From Candidatus Hydrogenedentota bacterium (GTDB lineage Bacteria > Hydrogenedentota > Hydrogenedentia > Hydrogenedentales > SLHB01): a stretch of DNA of 64,000 nt. The stretch covers positions 128,001-192,000 of the forward strand of contig CAVUWV010000015.1 in the NCBI GenBank assembly GCA_963745075.1. Reading direction: 5' to 3'. The translations under genes and the position numbers were made by a program. The notes under the pieces are model-generated. The model was not told the origin of the DNA. It was given only the letters and a program-made list of their open reading frames with translations, and did no database searches. How positions within the stretch are numbered: the stretch's first letter is position 1; each line of letters begins with the position of its first letter. Shown here piece after piece: positions 28,674 to 41,100 of this stretch.

Positions 28674-31490
28674 TCACCCCCCAATCACTGGGATCGTCAA
28701 CAGCACAGGCTCCAACGGTTTCATCGTCAACGGGAAGTGAACGGTCTCATTGGTGAGCAAGTTCGTCGCACCTTCACCAGAGTCCGGACCCACCAGACGA
28801 ACAATCCGGTCGTTTCGGGTGAAGTTGGTGAGGTTGACCAGCAGTTTCCCGTCAAATTCCGTTGCGCGCACGTTCACGCCCCAAACAGGTTCGTCGTATT
28901 CGCCTTTGAGGCGCACGGGGCGTCGAACTCCGGCCTCATCAAGCAGGGTATCCAGGATTTCACGGTACGCTCGGGAACTCAATGGGAAAGGGTACGTCAC
29001 GAGGCGCCCCGAACCCTCTGGATGCAATCGATCCGCCCTGGGACGGCTGCGTTCATCGTTCGCGAAGACGTCGCCCACCGCGAGCACAACGCCGCCTTTA
29101 TGGATATAGTCCTCGACCGCACGGACCACACTTTCGGGCGCATACATCGCCTTGGGAATCACGAGCAGCTTATACTTGGCCAGTCTTCCCGCCACGGTTT
29201 GCCGTTCCGTGATGAAGTCGAATACGGTGTCTGCGAAGTAGCCGCCTTCGAAGGCGCTTTTCGCCTCGGTCACGTAGTCCTGATTCGACAAAAGCGACGA
29301 ATACGAATAGAATATCGCCGCTTCGGACGGCGCTTGTTGCAGCGCGCGCATCTCCGGAGCCAGCCGTTCGAGATCGAGCGAAACATGACCCAGGGCCCGC
29401 ACGCAGTTGGGACGCGTCAAGATATTCTCCGACAAATCGCCGCCCTGGCCGCGGTCCCAGACCCACGTTGTCGAGGCGCCTTGTCCGTGCAAGGCCTGCG
29501 TCCAGATTGCCGTTCGGATCTGACCGTCGGGGATGTAGTGCCAATCGCCGTCCACGATGATGTGATCTTCGGAGTTGAAGATGGGGCTGTTCGGCGCGGT
29601 GCAATGTTGTAATGTGTAGTCCAGCGCGGTCTGGGTCCACTCTTGCGCGAACTCGCCCGAGGGCTCATCGTTGTACATCTGGGAACAATCGTTGCCCGCA
29701 ATGGCGCCGAGCTGATTGAAATCTTCGAAGTTGATGCCGTTCTCGAACTGGCCGGGGTCGCGGAAGGCGTACGACATCACCTTGGCGTGAACGGGGAGAT
29801 GCGGGTCGTACTCGTGAATGATCGACTTCTCGAACTCGTGAAACTCGAGAAACCGGTCTTGGTTGAACCGGCACCAGTCGAAGAACAGGGCATAGTTGTC
29901 GCGGTTCGTGGGCATGGGAACGTCGAGCCACTCGCCATACGCGGTGCCGTACACGTTGTTGAGCTTCTCGATACTCCCGTATTCGTGTTTCAGCCAGTCC
30001 GAAAACATCGTCTTCGAGCGCGCGCATTGGCCGCGGTATTGGGGTTCGTTACTCAAACAAATGCTGTGTAACGCAGGATGCCCCTTAATCAGCGGCATCA
30101 ACGCGCGGAGCCACTTTTCGATAACGGCGCGTGACTCGGGCGCGTCGATACAGTACTTCATGAAGCCGTAGCCGCACTCGGCCAATTCCGGGTTGCGATC
30201 GATCGCCCACTGCGGGAAGTAATGGGGAGACACCAACAAGTTCACCGCGACGTTGTTTTCGGCGGCGACATCCAGCCAATGGACCACGTTGTCCTGAATC
30301 GCTTGGACATCGACGGTATCCGGATCGGGCAAGCCCCGGCTCGGCCCCATCTCGAATTGCACGATGTTCAAGCCATACTCATTCAGAATCGGCAGGTCTT
30401 GCCGGACTTGGTTGAAATGTCCGACCCCTGTGAAAAAGACCGGGCGGTTGTCCTGCCAAAAGTCCCCGTCGTGGATGGTGAAAGAGCCGGTATGGTAGCG
30501 GGGAACCGGTGCGCCGGGGTCCTTCGATTGGATCGTCGCTTCCAGCTGTTCTGCGGTTTCGTCAGCCAGCCGATCGAGGTAACGGGCGATCTTGACAGCG
30601 CGGATGGCGTGCCGCGGGTCCCCGTCGTTTAGATCGTCCTGGGCGTATTGGAGAAAACTCCGAATCACGCGAAGGTCCGATTCGATGTAGGCGTCGCGCC
30701 ATCCCAGATTTGACGACGATGCCCGTCGTCCGTCGAGATTCGCGAGGCGCTGGGAAACTTTCTCGATTGTGCCGTCAAACGAATCTTCGTCGGCATGGAG
30801 CGCGGCGACGCCGTTCTTCGCCGAGGCCAGAAACCCGTCGACATCCTCCGCGTAATAGGCTTTCATATCGACAGCGCCTATTGCAGTGTCGATCCGGCCC
30901 TGCCAATGTTCGACATCCGACAGCGGCAGAAACGCGAAATCGTCGCTGGTATAGTCGCACTGGTCCAGCAAGTCATCGAGGGCCGCGTCCATGGTTTCGC
31001 TGCGGCTGGAGACGAGTTCAGCTTTGTACAACGCGCCGAAACCGGGGCCGTTCACACAGTGCAATGCCACCGTTATTCGCGCACCGGGTTTGGCATCTTC
31101 AGTAAGCACCACGTCGCCATTGTCCCACGTGAAGTCTTGTTTGAACTCTCCGTTAACATACGCCTTGGCCCCATTGTCGACCCCGAGCTTCAAGCGAACG
31201 GTCGCGCCGTCCGTGGGCAAACCGTGTATCTTGTCGGGCATGGTAATCATCGTCCGGAACCAACAGGTCGAGTCGTTGGGCCACCAGATGTGCCGCACCG
31301 TGACGAGGTCCCACTCGGAATCGTCGTAATCGGCCCGTTCCGCGCCATCTACTTCCCCGGGATGAAATCGCCAATCCGGGACGGGGGCACGAAGAAGGTC
31401 TCGCAGTTCGGACCGGCTGATCTGGCCCCACGCCGCCGCGGATACGCTCATCAGCGCAAGTGTCAACAGAAGCACGGGCAATCGTCGCAT
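28674..31490 (-). CDS. Secreted GH42-like beta-galactosidase-family protein with N-terminal galactose-binding-like domain
   Basis: Signal peptide from ATG 31490 (MRRLPV..), YDDSEW sugar-binding domain, CLSNEP, F.DWLK..YGSIEKLN, C-terminal trimerisation-like domain. Confidence 0.75.
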   Translation of the reverse strand: MRRLPVLLLTLALMSVSAAAWGQISRSELRDLLRAPVPDWRFHPGEVDGAERADYDDSEWDLVTVRHIWWPNDSTCWFRTMITMPDKIHGLPTDGATVRLKLGVDNGAKAYVNGEFKQDFTWDNGDVVLTEDAKPGARITVALHCVNGPGFGALYKAELVSSRSETMDAALDDLLDQCDYTSDDFAFLPLSDVEHWQGRIDTAIGAVDMKAYYAEDVDGFLASAKNGVAALHADEDSFDGTIEKVSQRLANLDGRRASSSNLGWRDAYIESDLRVIRSFLQYAQDDLNDGDPRHAIRAVKIARYLDRLADETAEQLEATIQSKDPGAPVPRYHTGSFTIHDGDFWQDNRPVFFTGVGHFNQVRQDLPILNEYGLNIVQFEMGPSRGLPDPDTVDVQAIQDNVVHWLDVAAENNVAVNLLVSPHYFPQWAIDRNPELAECGYGFMKYCIDAPESRAVIEKWLRALMPLIKGHPALHSICLSNEPQYRGQCARSKTMFSDWLKHEYGSIEKLNNVYGTAYGEWLDVPMPTNRDNYALFFDWCRFNQDRFLEFHEFEKSIIHEYDPHLPVHAKVMSYAFRDPGQFENGINFEDFNQLGAIAGNDCSQMYNDEPSGEFAQEWTQTALDYTLQHCTAPNSPIFNSEDHIIVDGDWHYIPDGQIRTAIWTQALHGQGASTTWVWDRGQGGDLSENILTRPNCVRALGHVSLDLERLAPEMRALQQAPSEAAIFYSYSSLLSNQDYVTEAKSAFEGGYFADTVFDFITERQTVAGRLAKYKLLVIPKAMYAPESVVRAVEDYIHKGGVVLAVGDVFANDERSRPRADRLHPEGSGRLVTYPFPLSSRAYREILDTLLDEAGVRRPVRLKGEYDEPVWGVNVRATEFDGKLLVNLTNFTRNDRIVRLVGPDSGEGATNLLTNETVHFPLTMKPLEPVLLTIPVIGG

Positions 31491-31668
31491 GGCATGTTTC
31501 CCCTCGTTAGATATGCTGTAACTCATTGTAGGACTTGAAGAAAGTTGGTTCCACCCCCGGCTCGCGTAGCGCGTTGCCGGACCGGCCTCACCCACCCTAA
31601 GTTCGCGGAAATCCTTGACGTTATGGGGTCTGGTCTGGAATCATGGAGCGCAGGAGGCAATCGGTCTT

Positions 31669-34600
31669 ATGCTTATCCGAACTTTGAGTGTGGTGATCTG
31701 TGCATTTTTGGGGTTTCTTCCGTTGGTATTCGCGGAGGATCCACCGGCTCCTTCCGACACCAGCCAGCAGACCGTTGAGAGCTTCATTCAACTGTTGGAT
31801 GGCCTGAAAGACGAGCCTGCGTCGCGGGCCGCGGTCGAGAAGGTCATCACGGAACGCCTGGATGCAGCCAAGCAGGAGTCTTCCGGGATCCAGCCGCGGG
31901 TCGATGAGGTCACCGGGAAGCTCGACGCAGCGAACAAGCGGAAGAGCGAACTGGAAACCCAAATCAGCGATCTCTCCAAACAACTGGAGGCTGCCAAAGC
32001 GGCGTTGGTGGACGTTCAACGTTCCCTCCCCGATCTGGGCAAACAGCTCGAGGACGTCCAACAGGAAAAGACAAGCCTGGAAGAGAAGCGTTCGGTTTAC
32101 GAACGCTCGCTCGATCTATTGAAATTGTTGGAAGGCAAACCCGCCGCGTCCGCCCCGGCGCCAGACACAACATCCGAAGCGAAACCACAACCGAAGCCGG
32201 AAGCCACCCCAGCGATTGAGGTGGACCCCGCGGACCGCGTGGATTTCAACCGGGACATTCGCCACATCCTGGCGAACAACTGTTTCGCATGTCACGGTCC
32301 CGACGACAAAGCCCGGAAAGCCGGCATGCGGTTGGACACCCCGGAAGGCGCCACGGCTGCGTTCGCGAAGGGCGGGGCACCCGTCGTGCCGGGCGACCGC
32401 TCGAAGAGCGAAGTCTATAAACGAATCACCGCACCGGATAAGGCGGACCGGATGCCGCCGAAGAGTTTTGAAAAGACCCTCACCCCGGAACAGATCGAGC
32501 TGATCGGCAAGTGGATCGACCAGGGCGCCAAATATGAAAAGCACTGGTCCTTCGTGCCGCCGGTCAAGCCGGATCTCCCGAAGGTCGCGAAAACGGACTG
32601 GCCTAAGAATGAAATTGACTATTTCATTCTTTCCAAACTGGAAAAGGAAGGATTGGAGCCGGCCCCCGAAGCCGACCGGCACACCCTGATTCGCCGGGTC
32701 ACGCTCGATCTGACAGGACTCCCCCCGACGCCTGAAGAGGTCGAGGCTTTCGTCAACGACGAAAGTCCGGATGCCTACGAAAAGGTCGTAGACCGTCTTC
32801 TGGCTTCGCCCCATTACGGTGAGAACATGGCGCGCCGGTGGCTGGACCTCGCGCGCTACGCTGACACCAACGGGTATCACATTGACAACGTGCGGTACAT
32901 GTGGCGGTGGCGGGACTGGGTGATCGATGCCTACAACAAAGACATGCCCTTCGACAAGTTCACTGTCGACCAATTGGCGGGCGACCTGCTCCCGAACCCG
33001 ACGCTCGATGAGCGCATCGCGACGGGGTTCAACCGCAACCACATGATCACCTTCGAGGGCGGTATCATTCCGGAAGAGTATCGGGTTCAATACGTAATCG
33101 ATCGCGTGGACACGACCGGCGAGGTCTGGATGGGATTGACGGTGGGGTGCGCCCAATGCCACGACCACAAGTTCGATCCGATTTCCAACAAAGAGTTCTA
33201 CCAGATGTTCGCCTTTTTTAACACGGTCCCCGAACAGGGATCGGATGGGAGAGAAGGGAATGCCGTCCCGCGCATCGAAGCGCCGTTGCCCGAGCAGCAA
33301 GAACAGATGGACAAACTGGATTCGGACATTGACGCGCTCTTGGCCAAAATGCGCGCGCCTGTCCCCGAGGTGGACGAGGCCCAGACCGTGTGGGAAGCGG
33401 ACGCCGTGGCGAAACTCCAATCGCGCTGGACACCATTGGAGGCCGAGACAGCTACCTCCAGCGGTGGCGCGACGCTAAAGAAACGTACCGACCGTTCTGT
33501 CCTCGTCGAGGGAGAGAATCCGGATACGGACGTGTACGAGGTCGTCGCCAACACGAACGTTACCGGAATCACGGCCATCCGTCTGGAAGCCCTTACGGAC
33601 GAATCGATGAAAGACGGCCGGATCGGCCGCTCGGATAATGGCAACTTCGTCCTGACCGAATTCGAGGCGAAAATCTCGCCGGTCGACAACCCGGAACTCG
33701 AGCAACCGGTCACGTTTACCCTGGCGGCAGCGGACTACGCGCAGAAAGATTTCGACGCCAACAAGGCCATCGATGGCAACGCGGAAACTGGATGGGCCGT
33801 AGACGGCGCCAGCAACGAAGACCGCATGATTGTGTTTGTGGCGGACCGGCCCTTTGGATTCGACGTGGGCACCCGGATTCGGATCTGTCTACATCAAGAA
33901 TCGAAATTCGCGCACCACGCCATCGGAAGTTTCCGACTTGCCGCTACGACCGACCCGTCCATGGCGCCGTCCGAACTCGGCCCCTGGTACATGAACGGCC
34001 CGTACATCGCCGACAGCGGCAAAGTTGCCTACGAGACCGCCTACGGCCCCGAGGAAGGAGTCGACCTCGCGGCGACCTATGAAGACCACCGGGCCAAATG
34101 GCTGATTCAGCCGGACCTCAAAGACGGAGTCGTGCAGAATCTCAACGGCGACGTCTGTGCCACGTATTTCTACCGCACGATCTCGGCCCCCTCCGACCGC
34201 GACGTGACGCTGACGCTGGGCAGCAACGACGCCATCAAACTCTGGGTAAACGGCGAGGTGGTGCTGGACAACGACGTGCAGCGCGGCGTCGAACCCGACC
34301 AGGACCAGGTCAAGGCGCGGCTCAAGACGGGCGAAAACCAAGTCCTCATGAAGGTCGTCAATTACGGCAATGCGTACGCCTATTACTTCCGGCGCGCAGA
34401 CGAAGCCGTCGGTGAAATCCCATTGGACGTCGAGCACGCATTGACGACTCCCCCGGACGCGCGCAGCGACGCACAGATCGCCAAATTGCGCGAGTACTAC
34501 CGCAGCCGGAACTGGCCGGACTGGAAACCGCTCAACACGCAGTTGGCGAAGCTGCGCGAAGACAAAGATGCCCTCGAGGCGGAAATCCCGACGACCATGG

Positions 34601-35685
34601 TGATGCAGGAAATGGAGGAACCGCGCGACACCTTCGTCCTCGCGCGCGGCCAGTACGATCAACCCAAGGAGAAGGTGACCGCGGCGGTGCCGGCCGCATT
34701 GCCTCCCCTGCCGAAAGGCGCGCCGAACAATCGCCTCGGTTTTGCGAAATGGTTGGTCGATCCCTCCCATCCGCTGACGGCCCGTGTCGCGGTAAATCGA
34801 TATTGGATGAACTTCTTCGGCACCGGCATCGTGAAAACGGCGGAGGATTTCGGGGTCCAGGGGGAATGGCCGACCCATCCGCAACTGTTGGACTGGCTCG
34901 CATCGGAGTTTATCGATTCGGGGTGGGACGTGAAAGCCATGCAGAAGACGATCGTTCTGTCGGCAACGTACCGCCAGTCCTCCAAGGCTTCCAAGGATTT
35001 GGTTGCCCGGGATCCGGAAAACCGCCTGTTGGCACGGGGCCCGCGGTTCCGGATGGACGCCGAGGTGGTGCGGGACAACGCGCTCGCCATCAGCGGCCTG
35101 CTGGCCGGCCACATCGGCGGCCCCAGCGTAAAACCCTACCAGCCCGAAGGACTGTGGAAAGAGGTGTCCTACGGTGGAACCGAGTTCACGGGGCAAGTAT
35201 TCGTTCAGGATACGGGCGACAAACTCTACCGTCGCAGCATGTACACCTTCTGGAAGCGTCAGTCTCCGCCGCCCGGTATGCTCGTCTTCGACGCACCGAG
35301 CCGGGAAGTCTGCACGGCGCGCCGGGCACGCACGAATACGCCGCTGCAAGCGTTGGCCCTTATGAACGATACGCAGTACGTCGAGGCCTCGCGTGTGCTT
35401 GCCCAACGCATGATGAAAGAGGCGGGACCGGAACCCATGAACCGCGTCATGTATGCCTTCGAATTGGCGACCGCCCGAAAACCGAAGCCGGATGAGTGCC
35501 AGGTTCTCATTAGGACCTACAACGAACAGGTCGAGACGTACCGCCAGGACGAGGACGCGGCGAGGGCCCTCGTCTCCGTGGGCGAGTCCCCGCGGGATGA
35601 AACGTTGGACGTACCGGAGTTGGCGGCGTATACGACCGTCGCGAGCATCATTCTGAACCTGGACGAGACCATCACGAAAAGCTGA
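31669..35685 (+). CDS. Planctomycete cytochrome c + DUF1549/DUF1553 (PSD1) protein
   Basis: CFACH and CAQCH heme motifs, [38 protein letters not shown] before ATG 31669. Confidence 0.93.
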   Translation: MLIRTLSVVICAFLGFLPLVFAEDPPAPSDTSQQTVESFIQLLDGLKDEPASRAAVEKVITERLDAAKQESSGIQPRVDEVTGKLDAANKRKSELETQISDLSKQLEAAKAALVDVQRSLPDLGKQLEDVQQEKTSLEEKRSVYERSLDLLKLLEGKPAASAPAPDTTSEAKPQPKPEATPAIEVDPADRVDFNRDIRHILANNCFACHGPDDKARKAGMRLDTPEGATAAFAKGGAPVVPGDRSKSEVYKRITAPDKADRMPPKSFEKTLTPEQIELIGKWIDQGAKYEKHWSFVPPVKPDLPKVAKTDWPKNEIDYFILSKLEKEGLEPAPEADRHTLIRRVTLDLTGLPPTPEEVEAFVNDESPDAYEKVVDRLLASPHYGENMARRWLDLARYADTNGYHIDNVRYMWRWRDWVIDAYNKDMPFDKFTVDQLAGDLLPNPTLDERIATGFNRNHMITFEGGIIPEEYRVQYVIDRVDTTGEVWMGLTVGCAQCHDHKFDPISNKEFYQMFAFFNTVPEQGSDGREGNAVPRIEAPLPEQQEQMDKLDSDIDALLAKMRAPVPEVDEAQTVWEADAVAKLQSRWTPLEAETATSSGGATLKKRTDRSVLVEGENPDTDVYEVVANTNVTGITAIRLEALTDESMKDGRIGRSDNGNFVLTEFEAKISPVDNPELEQPVTFTLAAADYAQKDFDANKAIDGNAETGWAVDGASNEDRMIVFVADRPFGFDVGTRIRICLHQESKFAHHAIGSFRLAATTDPSMAPSELGPWYMNGPYIADSGKVAYETAYGPEEGVDLAATYEDHRAKWLIQPDLKDGVVQNLNGDVCATYFYRTISAPSDRDVTLTLGSNDAIKLWVNGEVVLDNDVQRGVEPDQDQVKARLKTGENQVLMKVVNYGNAYAYYFRRADEAVGEIPLDVEHALTTPPDARSDAQIAKLREYYRSRNWPDWKPLNTQLAKLREDKDALEAEIPTTMVMQEMEEPRDTFVLARGQYDQPKEKVTAAVPAALPPLPKGAPNNRLGFAKWLVDPSHPLTARVAVNRYWMNFFGTGIVKTAEDFGVQGEWPTHPQLLDWLASEFIDSGWDVKAMQKTIVLSATYRQSSKASKDLVARDPENRLLARGPRFRMDAEVVRDNALAISGLLAGHIGGPSVKPYQPEGLWKEVSYGGTEFTGQVFVQDTGDKLYRRSMYTFWKRQSPPPGMLVFDAPSREVCTARRARTNTPLQALALMNDTQYVEASRVLAQRMMKEAGPEPMNRVMYAFELATARKPKPDECQVLIRTYNEQVETYRQDEDAARALVSVGESPRDETLDVPELAAYTTVASIILNLDETITKS

Positions 35686-35707
35686 GCCCGGCGAAGGGAG
35701 CTGCGCA

Positions 35708-37150
35708 ATGCACCCGGCACGCGAAAACCGTCTTATGCTCACGCGGCGCCAATTCTTCGGCCGGAGCAGCACGGGGATCGGGGTTGCGGCGCTGGCACAT
35801 CTCCTGGGTTCGAGTGCCCAGGCATCGGACGCCCACGGCTTGCCCCTCCCCCACTTTGCCCCACAGGCCAAACGCATCATCTACCTGTTCATGTCCGGCG
35901 GGCCATCGCAAGTGGATTTGCTGGACTACAAGCCTGGTCTCCAGGCCCTGTATGCCTCCGAGTTGCCGGACTCGATCCGCGGTAACCAACGCCTCACGAC
36001 CATGACGTCCGGGCAGAAGACCTTCCCCGTCGTGTCGTCCACGTTCAAGTTCATGCGGCACGGTCAATGCGGCGCCTGGTTCAGCGAACTCCTCCCTCAC
36101 CTCGGCAGCGTGGCAGACGACCTTTGCATCATCAAGTCGCTCAATACGGAAGCCATCAACCACGATCCCGCGACGACCTACATCACCACCGGCGCGCAAC
36201 GGGCGGGCCGGCCGAGCATGGGATCGTGGTTGAGCTATGGACTCGGAAGCGAGAATCACGATCTGCCGGCGTTCTGCGTGCTGATTTCCAAGGGCAGTCC
36301 CTTCGTCAACATGCAACCGCTCTACCCGCGCATCTGGGGCTCAGGGTTCCTGCCGTCGGAACACCAGGGGATTAACCTGCGGTCATCGGGCGATCCGGTG
36401 CTGTTTCTCAAGAACCCGCCGGGAATCTCGCCGGAAACGCGGCGGCGGATGCTGGACGGCCTGGAATCGCTGAACCGCAAGCTTTACGACAATTTTGCGG
36501 ATCCCGAAATCGTCACGCGAATTTCCCAATACGAAATGGCGTACAAGATGCAGATGTCGGTTCCGGACTTGGTGGATTTCTCGACGGAGCCGGATTCCGT
36601 GCTGGACCTGTACGGCGACGACGTGAAGAAACCCGGGTCGTTCGCCGCAAATTGCCTGCTCGCGCGCCGGTTAGCGGAGCGCGACGTGCGCTTCGTGCAA
36701 CTCTACCACCGCGGCTGGGACCAACACGCCAACTTACCCCGGGATATCCGCTCCCAGAGCAAGGACGTTGATCAACCATGTGCAGGTTTGATCGCCGATC
36801 TCAAACAACGGGGCCTGCTGGAAGACACGCTCGTGATTTGGGCCGGTGAGTTTGGGCGCACGGTCTACAGTCAGGGCAAGCTCGAACGCGACAATTATGG
36901 CCGCGACCACCACGGCCGGTGCTTCTCGGTATGGATGGCCGGCGGCGGCGTCAAAGCGGGGTTGAGCTACGGGGCCACCGACGAGTTCAGCTACAACGTC
37001 GTCGAGAACCCAGTGCACATTCACGATTTCAATGCTACGATCCTCCACATCATGGGTATCAACCACGAACGTCTCACCTACCGCTACGAAGGTCGCGACT
37101 TCCGTCTTACGGACGTGTACGGCAACGTAGTCCACGATATCCTGGTATAA
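35708..37150 (+). CDS. DUF1501 family protein with Tat signal
   Basis: [46 protein letters not shown]. Confidence 0.93.
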   Translation: MHPARENRLMLTRRQFFGRSSTGIGVAALAHLLGSSAQASDAHGLPLPHFAPQAKRIIYLFMSGGPSQVDLLDYKPGLQALYASELPDSIRGNQRLTTMTSGQKTFPVVSSTFKFMRHGQCGAWFSELLPHLGSVADDLCIIKSLNTEAINHDPATTYITTGAQRAGRPSMGSWLSYGLGSENHDLPAFCVLISKGSPFVNMQPLYPRIWGSGFLPSEHQGINLRSSGDPVLFLKNPPGISPETRRRMLDGLESLNRKLYDNFADPEIVTRISQYEMAYKMQMSVPDLVDFSTEPDSVLDLYGDDVKKPGSFAANCLLARRLAERDVRFVQLYHRGWDQHANLPRDIRSQSKDVDQPCAGLIADLKQRGLLEDTLVIWAGEFGRTVYSQGKLERDNYGRDHHGRCFSVWMAGGGVKAGLSYGATDEFSYNVVENPVHIHDFNATILHIMGINHERLTYRYEGRDFRLTDVYGNVVHDILV

Positions 37151-37201
37151 TTCCTGTACGACGGGCCGTTCAATACGGCTCGCGAAAACGCATGGCGCAT
37201 C

Positions 37202-37699
37202 ATGAATTCAGAAACCCCAAATAGCGCGCCCCTGGTATTTACTATCGGGCATTCCAACCATCGAATCGAACATTTCCTCGATCTGCTCGCGCTCCATTCC
37301 ATCGACACCGTGGCCGACGTGCGTTCTCAGCCCTACTCGCGTCACAATCCGCAATTTTGCCGGGACGCGCTCCGGGACGCACTCGGGGAGCGGAACATCC
37401 GATACAGTTTTCTCGGCAAAGAGTTGGGCGGAAAAACGAACGATCCGGCATTGACTGGTCCGGATGGGAATCCCAGTTGGCCACGAATGGCCGAAGCGGA
37501 AGACTTTCGCCAGGGGCTAGACAAGTTGTACGAACTGATTCAATTGAGCCGAGTGGCGATCCTCTGCGCGGAAGAAGATCCATCGCGTTGCCACCGGCAT
37601 CATCTGATCGCCCCGGCGCTGCACGTGGACGGCATCCAGGTGCTTCACATCCGCCGCGATGGCAGCCTGAACGTCCGAAACCGAGCTTCGCGAAAATGA
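37202..37699 (+). CDS. DUF488 family protein
   Basis: FTIGHSNH, DVRSQPYS, ELGG, CAEEDP..CHR. Confidence 0.9.
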   Translation: MNSETPNSAPLVFTIGHSNHRIEHFLDLLALHSIDTVADVRSQPYSRHNPQFCRDALRDALGERNIRYSFLGKELGGKTNDPALTGPDGNPSWPRMAEAEDFRQGLDKLYELIQLSRVAILCAEEDPSRCHRHHLIAPALHVDGIQVLHIRRDGSLNVRNRASRK

Positions 37700-38125
37700 A
37701 GCGGCGGGTGCGAAAGGCCAATTGCTGCTCTTCTCGGAACGCTCCTGATGCGTCATGGAGCGGTCGCCTTGGCGCCCGCAGATCCGCGCGCCCCCCAGGT
37801 CCGTTACCATTGCGCCCCAGGGTATATTAGGCTATTATCACGGAAGCAAGAGCTTCGCGAAGCCCAAAGGCCAATTGGATTCGCGAACGAGATCGAAAAC
37901 AGGGGCCCCGCGCAACGATGGCGCCGGCACATCGAAGGCCCCGGCGCAACGCCCGAGGCGATGCCAGGTTTCCCGTCCACCTGAATGCAGACGGCTGTGC
38001 CAGTTCGCTCTTGCTGACGGTCTCGAAAATGGGCATAATAAAAGCAGGGTGACGCATGGACATGTCGCAACCCCCGTCTCACGGTCCCCCCGCGATTCGG
38101 TCCGCCAGGACCTTCGTAGTCCGTT

Positions 38126-41100
38126 TTGAACGTTGACGGGATGCAGACACGTCAGCCCCGAGAATCGCCGAATCGCGAAGGCATGAGAAGAGGGGACCGA
38201 AGCCGGATGGACATCCGCCCAAGATTGCGCCGTGTACTGAGATATGCGCCAGCCGCATGGATTCTCACAATATCGATGGTATTCGGCACAATTGTGAATG
38301 CTCAAGATTCCGCACCGGCTTCGACGGATGCCAAAGCGCCGATTACCTCGGGTTGCGAAAGCGACTTTCCGCCGTTCTGCATCGTCGACCCCGATGGAGA
38401 AGCCAACGGGTTTTCGGTCGAACTGTTGCGTGCAGCCTTGACGGCCATGGGACGCAACGTCACCTTTCGAACGGGCTCTTGGCCCGATGTTCGCGGCTGG
38501 CTGGAGCGGGGCGAAATTCAAGCCCTGCCGCTGGTAGGGCGCACCCCGGAACGGGAGTCACTCTTCGATTTCACGTTTCCGTACATCACGATGCAAGGCG
38601 CCATCGTCGTTCGCAACGACACGAATGACATTCGCAAAATGGCCGACCTTCGCGGCCGCAACGTTGCCGTAATGAAAGGCGACAACGCGGAGGAGTTTCT
38701 GCGGCGCGAAGACCGCGGCATTCAAATCGTGACCACGGCTTCATTTGAGAATGCCCTTTTGGCGCTGTCAGAAGGCCGTTGTGACGCGGTCGTAATGCAG
38801 CGACTGGTAGCTTTGCGGTTGATTCAGGAAACTGGCCTCGCAAACCTCCAGGTCATCAACAAACCACTCGATGAATTCAGTCAGGAATTCTGCTTTGCCG
38901 TTCATGAAGGCGACCGCGAAACGCTTGCATTGTTGAACGAAGGTCTCGCACTCGTCATGGCGGACGGGACCTATCGCTATCTCCACGCAAAATGGTTTGC
39001 CGCGCTGGAACTTCCCATGCATCGGCACATCGTTGTCGGGGGAGATTACAACTATCCGCCCTATGAGTACCTGGATGAAAACGGGCAGCCGGCCGGATAC
39101 GATGTCGATCTCACGCGTGCCATCGCCCGGGAACTCGGTCTCGACATCGAGATTCGCCTGCGTCCCTGGGCGGAAATACTGGACGGGCTGGCCCAAGGTG
39201 AAATCGATGCGGTACAAGGCATGTTCTACTCCCCGGAACGCGACCAGCTTTTCGACTTCACGCCACCGCACGCCGTGAATCATTGCGTCAGTGTCGTGCG
39301 AACAGGCGAGGGGGCGCCGCCGACGATGGTCGCTGAACTTGCCGGGAAAGATATCGTTGTCCAGCGGGGCGACATCATGCACGATTTCGCCGTGGACAAT
39401 GGCCTCACCGATCGACTTACCACCGTGGACTCCCAGGAAGACGCCCTACGGGAACTGGCTTCGGGTAAGCACGATTGTGCCCTTGTTGCGCGAATGTCGG
39501 CTCTCTATTGGGCCAAGAAGAATGGCTGGAACAACCTGCGTGTAGGATATCGCCCGCTGATATCACCCGGGTACTGTTACGCTGTGCCCAACGGCCACGA
39601 TGCGCTATTGGCGGAGTTCACGGAAGGATTGAACGTACTGAAAGATTCGGGCGAATACCAGCGAATCTATGACAAATGGCTGGGCGTTTATCGAGAAGAA
39701 CCAGTGACGCTACTGACGGCCCTCCGCTACTCGGCCATGGTCCTCGCTCCTCTGCTTCTCATCCTCCTGCTGGTCTTCGGATGGTCGTGGTCGCTGCGCA
39801 AGCAGGTGGCTCACCGCACCGCCGACCTGCAAAAGAGCGAAGAACTGCAACGCGCCATCGTTGAATGCTCTCCCGTGGCGTTATTCAGCATCGATCTGCA
39901 CGGTACCGTGCTGATGTGGAACGCGTCGGCACAACGGATGTTGGGTTGGGCGGCGGACGAAGTTATTGGGAAACCCCTACCGACCATTCCAGAAGGTAAG
40001 GAAGAAGAATTTGCGTTTCATCGCAGCCAAGTAGCAAACGGGCAGAGTTTTATTAACAAGGAGATCGTCCGTCGTAAGAGGGACGGATCGTTGTTTGATG
40101 GAAGCCTCTCATCGGCTCCAATTCGAGACTCGAACGGGACCATCATCGGGATTCTGACGGTTATGGAGGACATCACGGAGCGCAAGCAAGCCGTCACCGC
40201 GCTGGCCGACCGCGAGCGCCAACTTGCTACTCTCATGGGCAACCTGCCCGGTATGGCCTATCGCTGCCGCAACGATGCGGACTGGACCGTGCTCTTCGTC
40301 TCGGACGGGGCCTACGAACTAACGGGATATCGCCCTGAGGAATTGCAGGACAATGCCCGCGTGGCCTACGGGAATTTGGTACACCCCGAAGACCGTGACC
40401 GCGTCTGGAAAGAGGTGCAGTCTGCCATCGCAGAATCCCGTCCCTTTATTCTGGAATATCGAATCACCGATGCGAACGGCGACGTTCGATGGGTTTGGGA
40501 GCGGGGACTTGCCGTTACCCCGGCCGGGGACGATCGAATCCTGGAAGGCTTCATATCAGATATCACCTATCGCAAACACGCCGAGGACCGAGTCGACCAC
40601 TTGAACCGGGTCTTACGGGCTGTGCGGGACGTGAACCAGCTCATTGTCCGCGAACGGGATCGAGACGCGCTTATCCAACAGGCCTGCCGGTTGCTTGTCG
40701 ATCACCGTAGCTACAACGCCGCTTTGATCGTCCTCACGGATAACGACGGTCGGCCGCATGCGTGGTCGGAGGCGGGAATGGGCAACGGGTTCCCCGCTCT
40801 CGCCGAAATGCTCGAACGCGGCGAACTCCCGGCTTGCTGCGCCTCCGCGCGGGACACGGATGCGCCATGCCTTATCGCGGACCGGGACGCCATCTGTGGC
40901 GATTGCCCGGAGCGAGGCGATGATTGCGAATCCGACACGTTGTGCGTTCGCCTGGCTTATTCCGACACGGTTTACGGCCATCTCGCCGCCACGCTGCCTC
41001 ACGATATCGGCCAGGACGCGGAGGAGCGGGAATTGTTCGCCGATTTGGCGGGAGATTTGGCCTATGCGCTGAACGTGATGGCGGATCGTGCCGCCCGCGC

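Noticed and set aside
33889..35880. Long antisense ORFs (also 7502-9025, 32116-33420, 40613-41782, 60077-61258)
   Set aside because: Shadow frames of well-supported genes in GC-rich DNA.
37700..38125. Short overlapping ORFs between DUF488 and the kinase
   Set aside because: No RBS, no motifs, Arg/Pro-rich composition.
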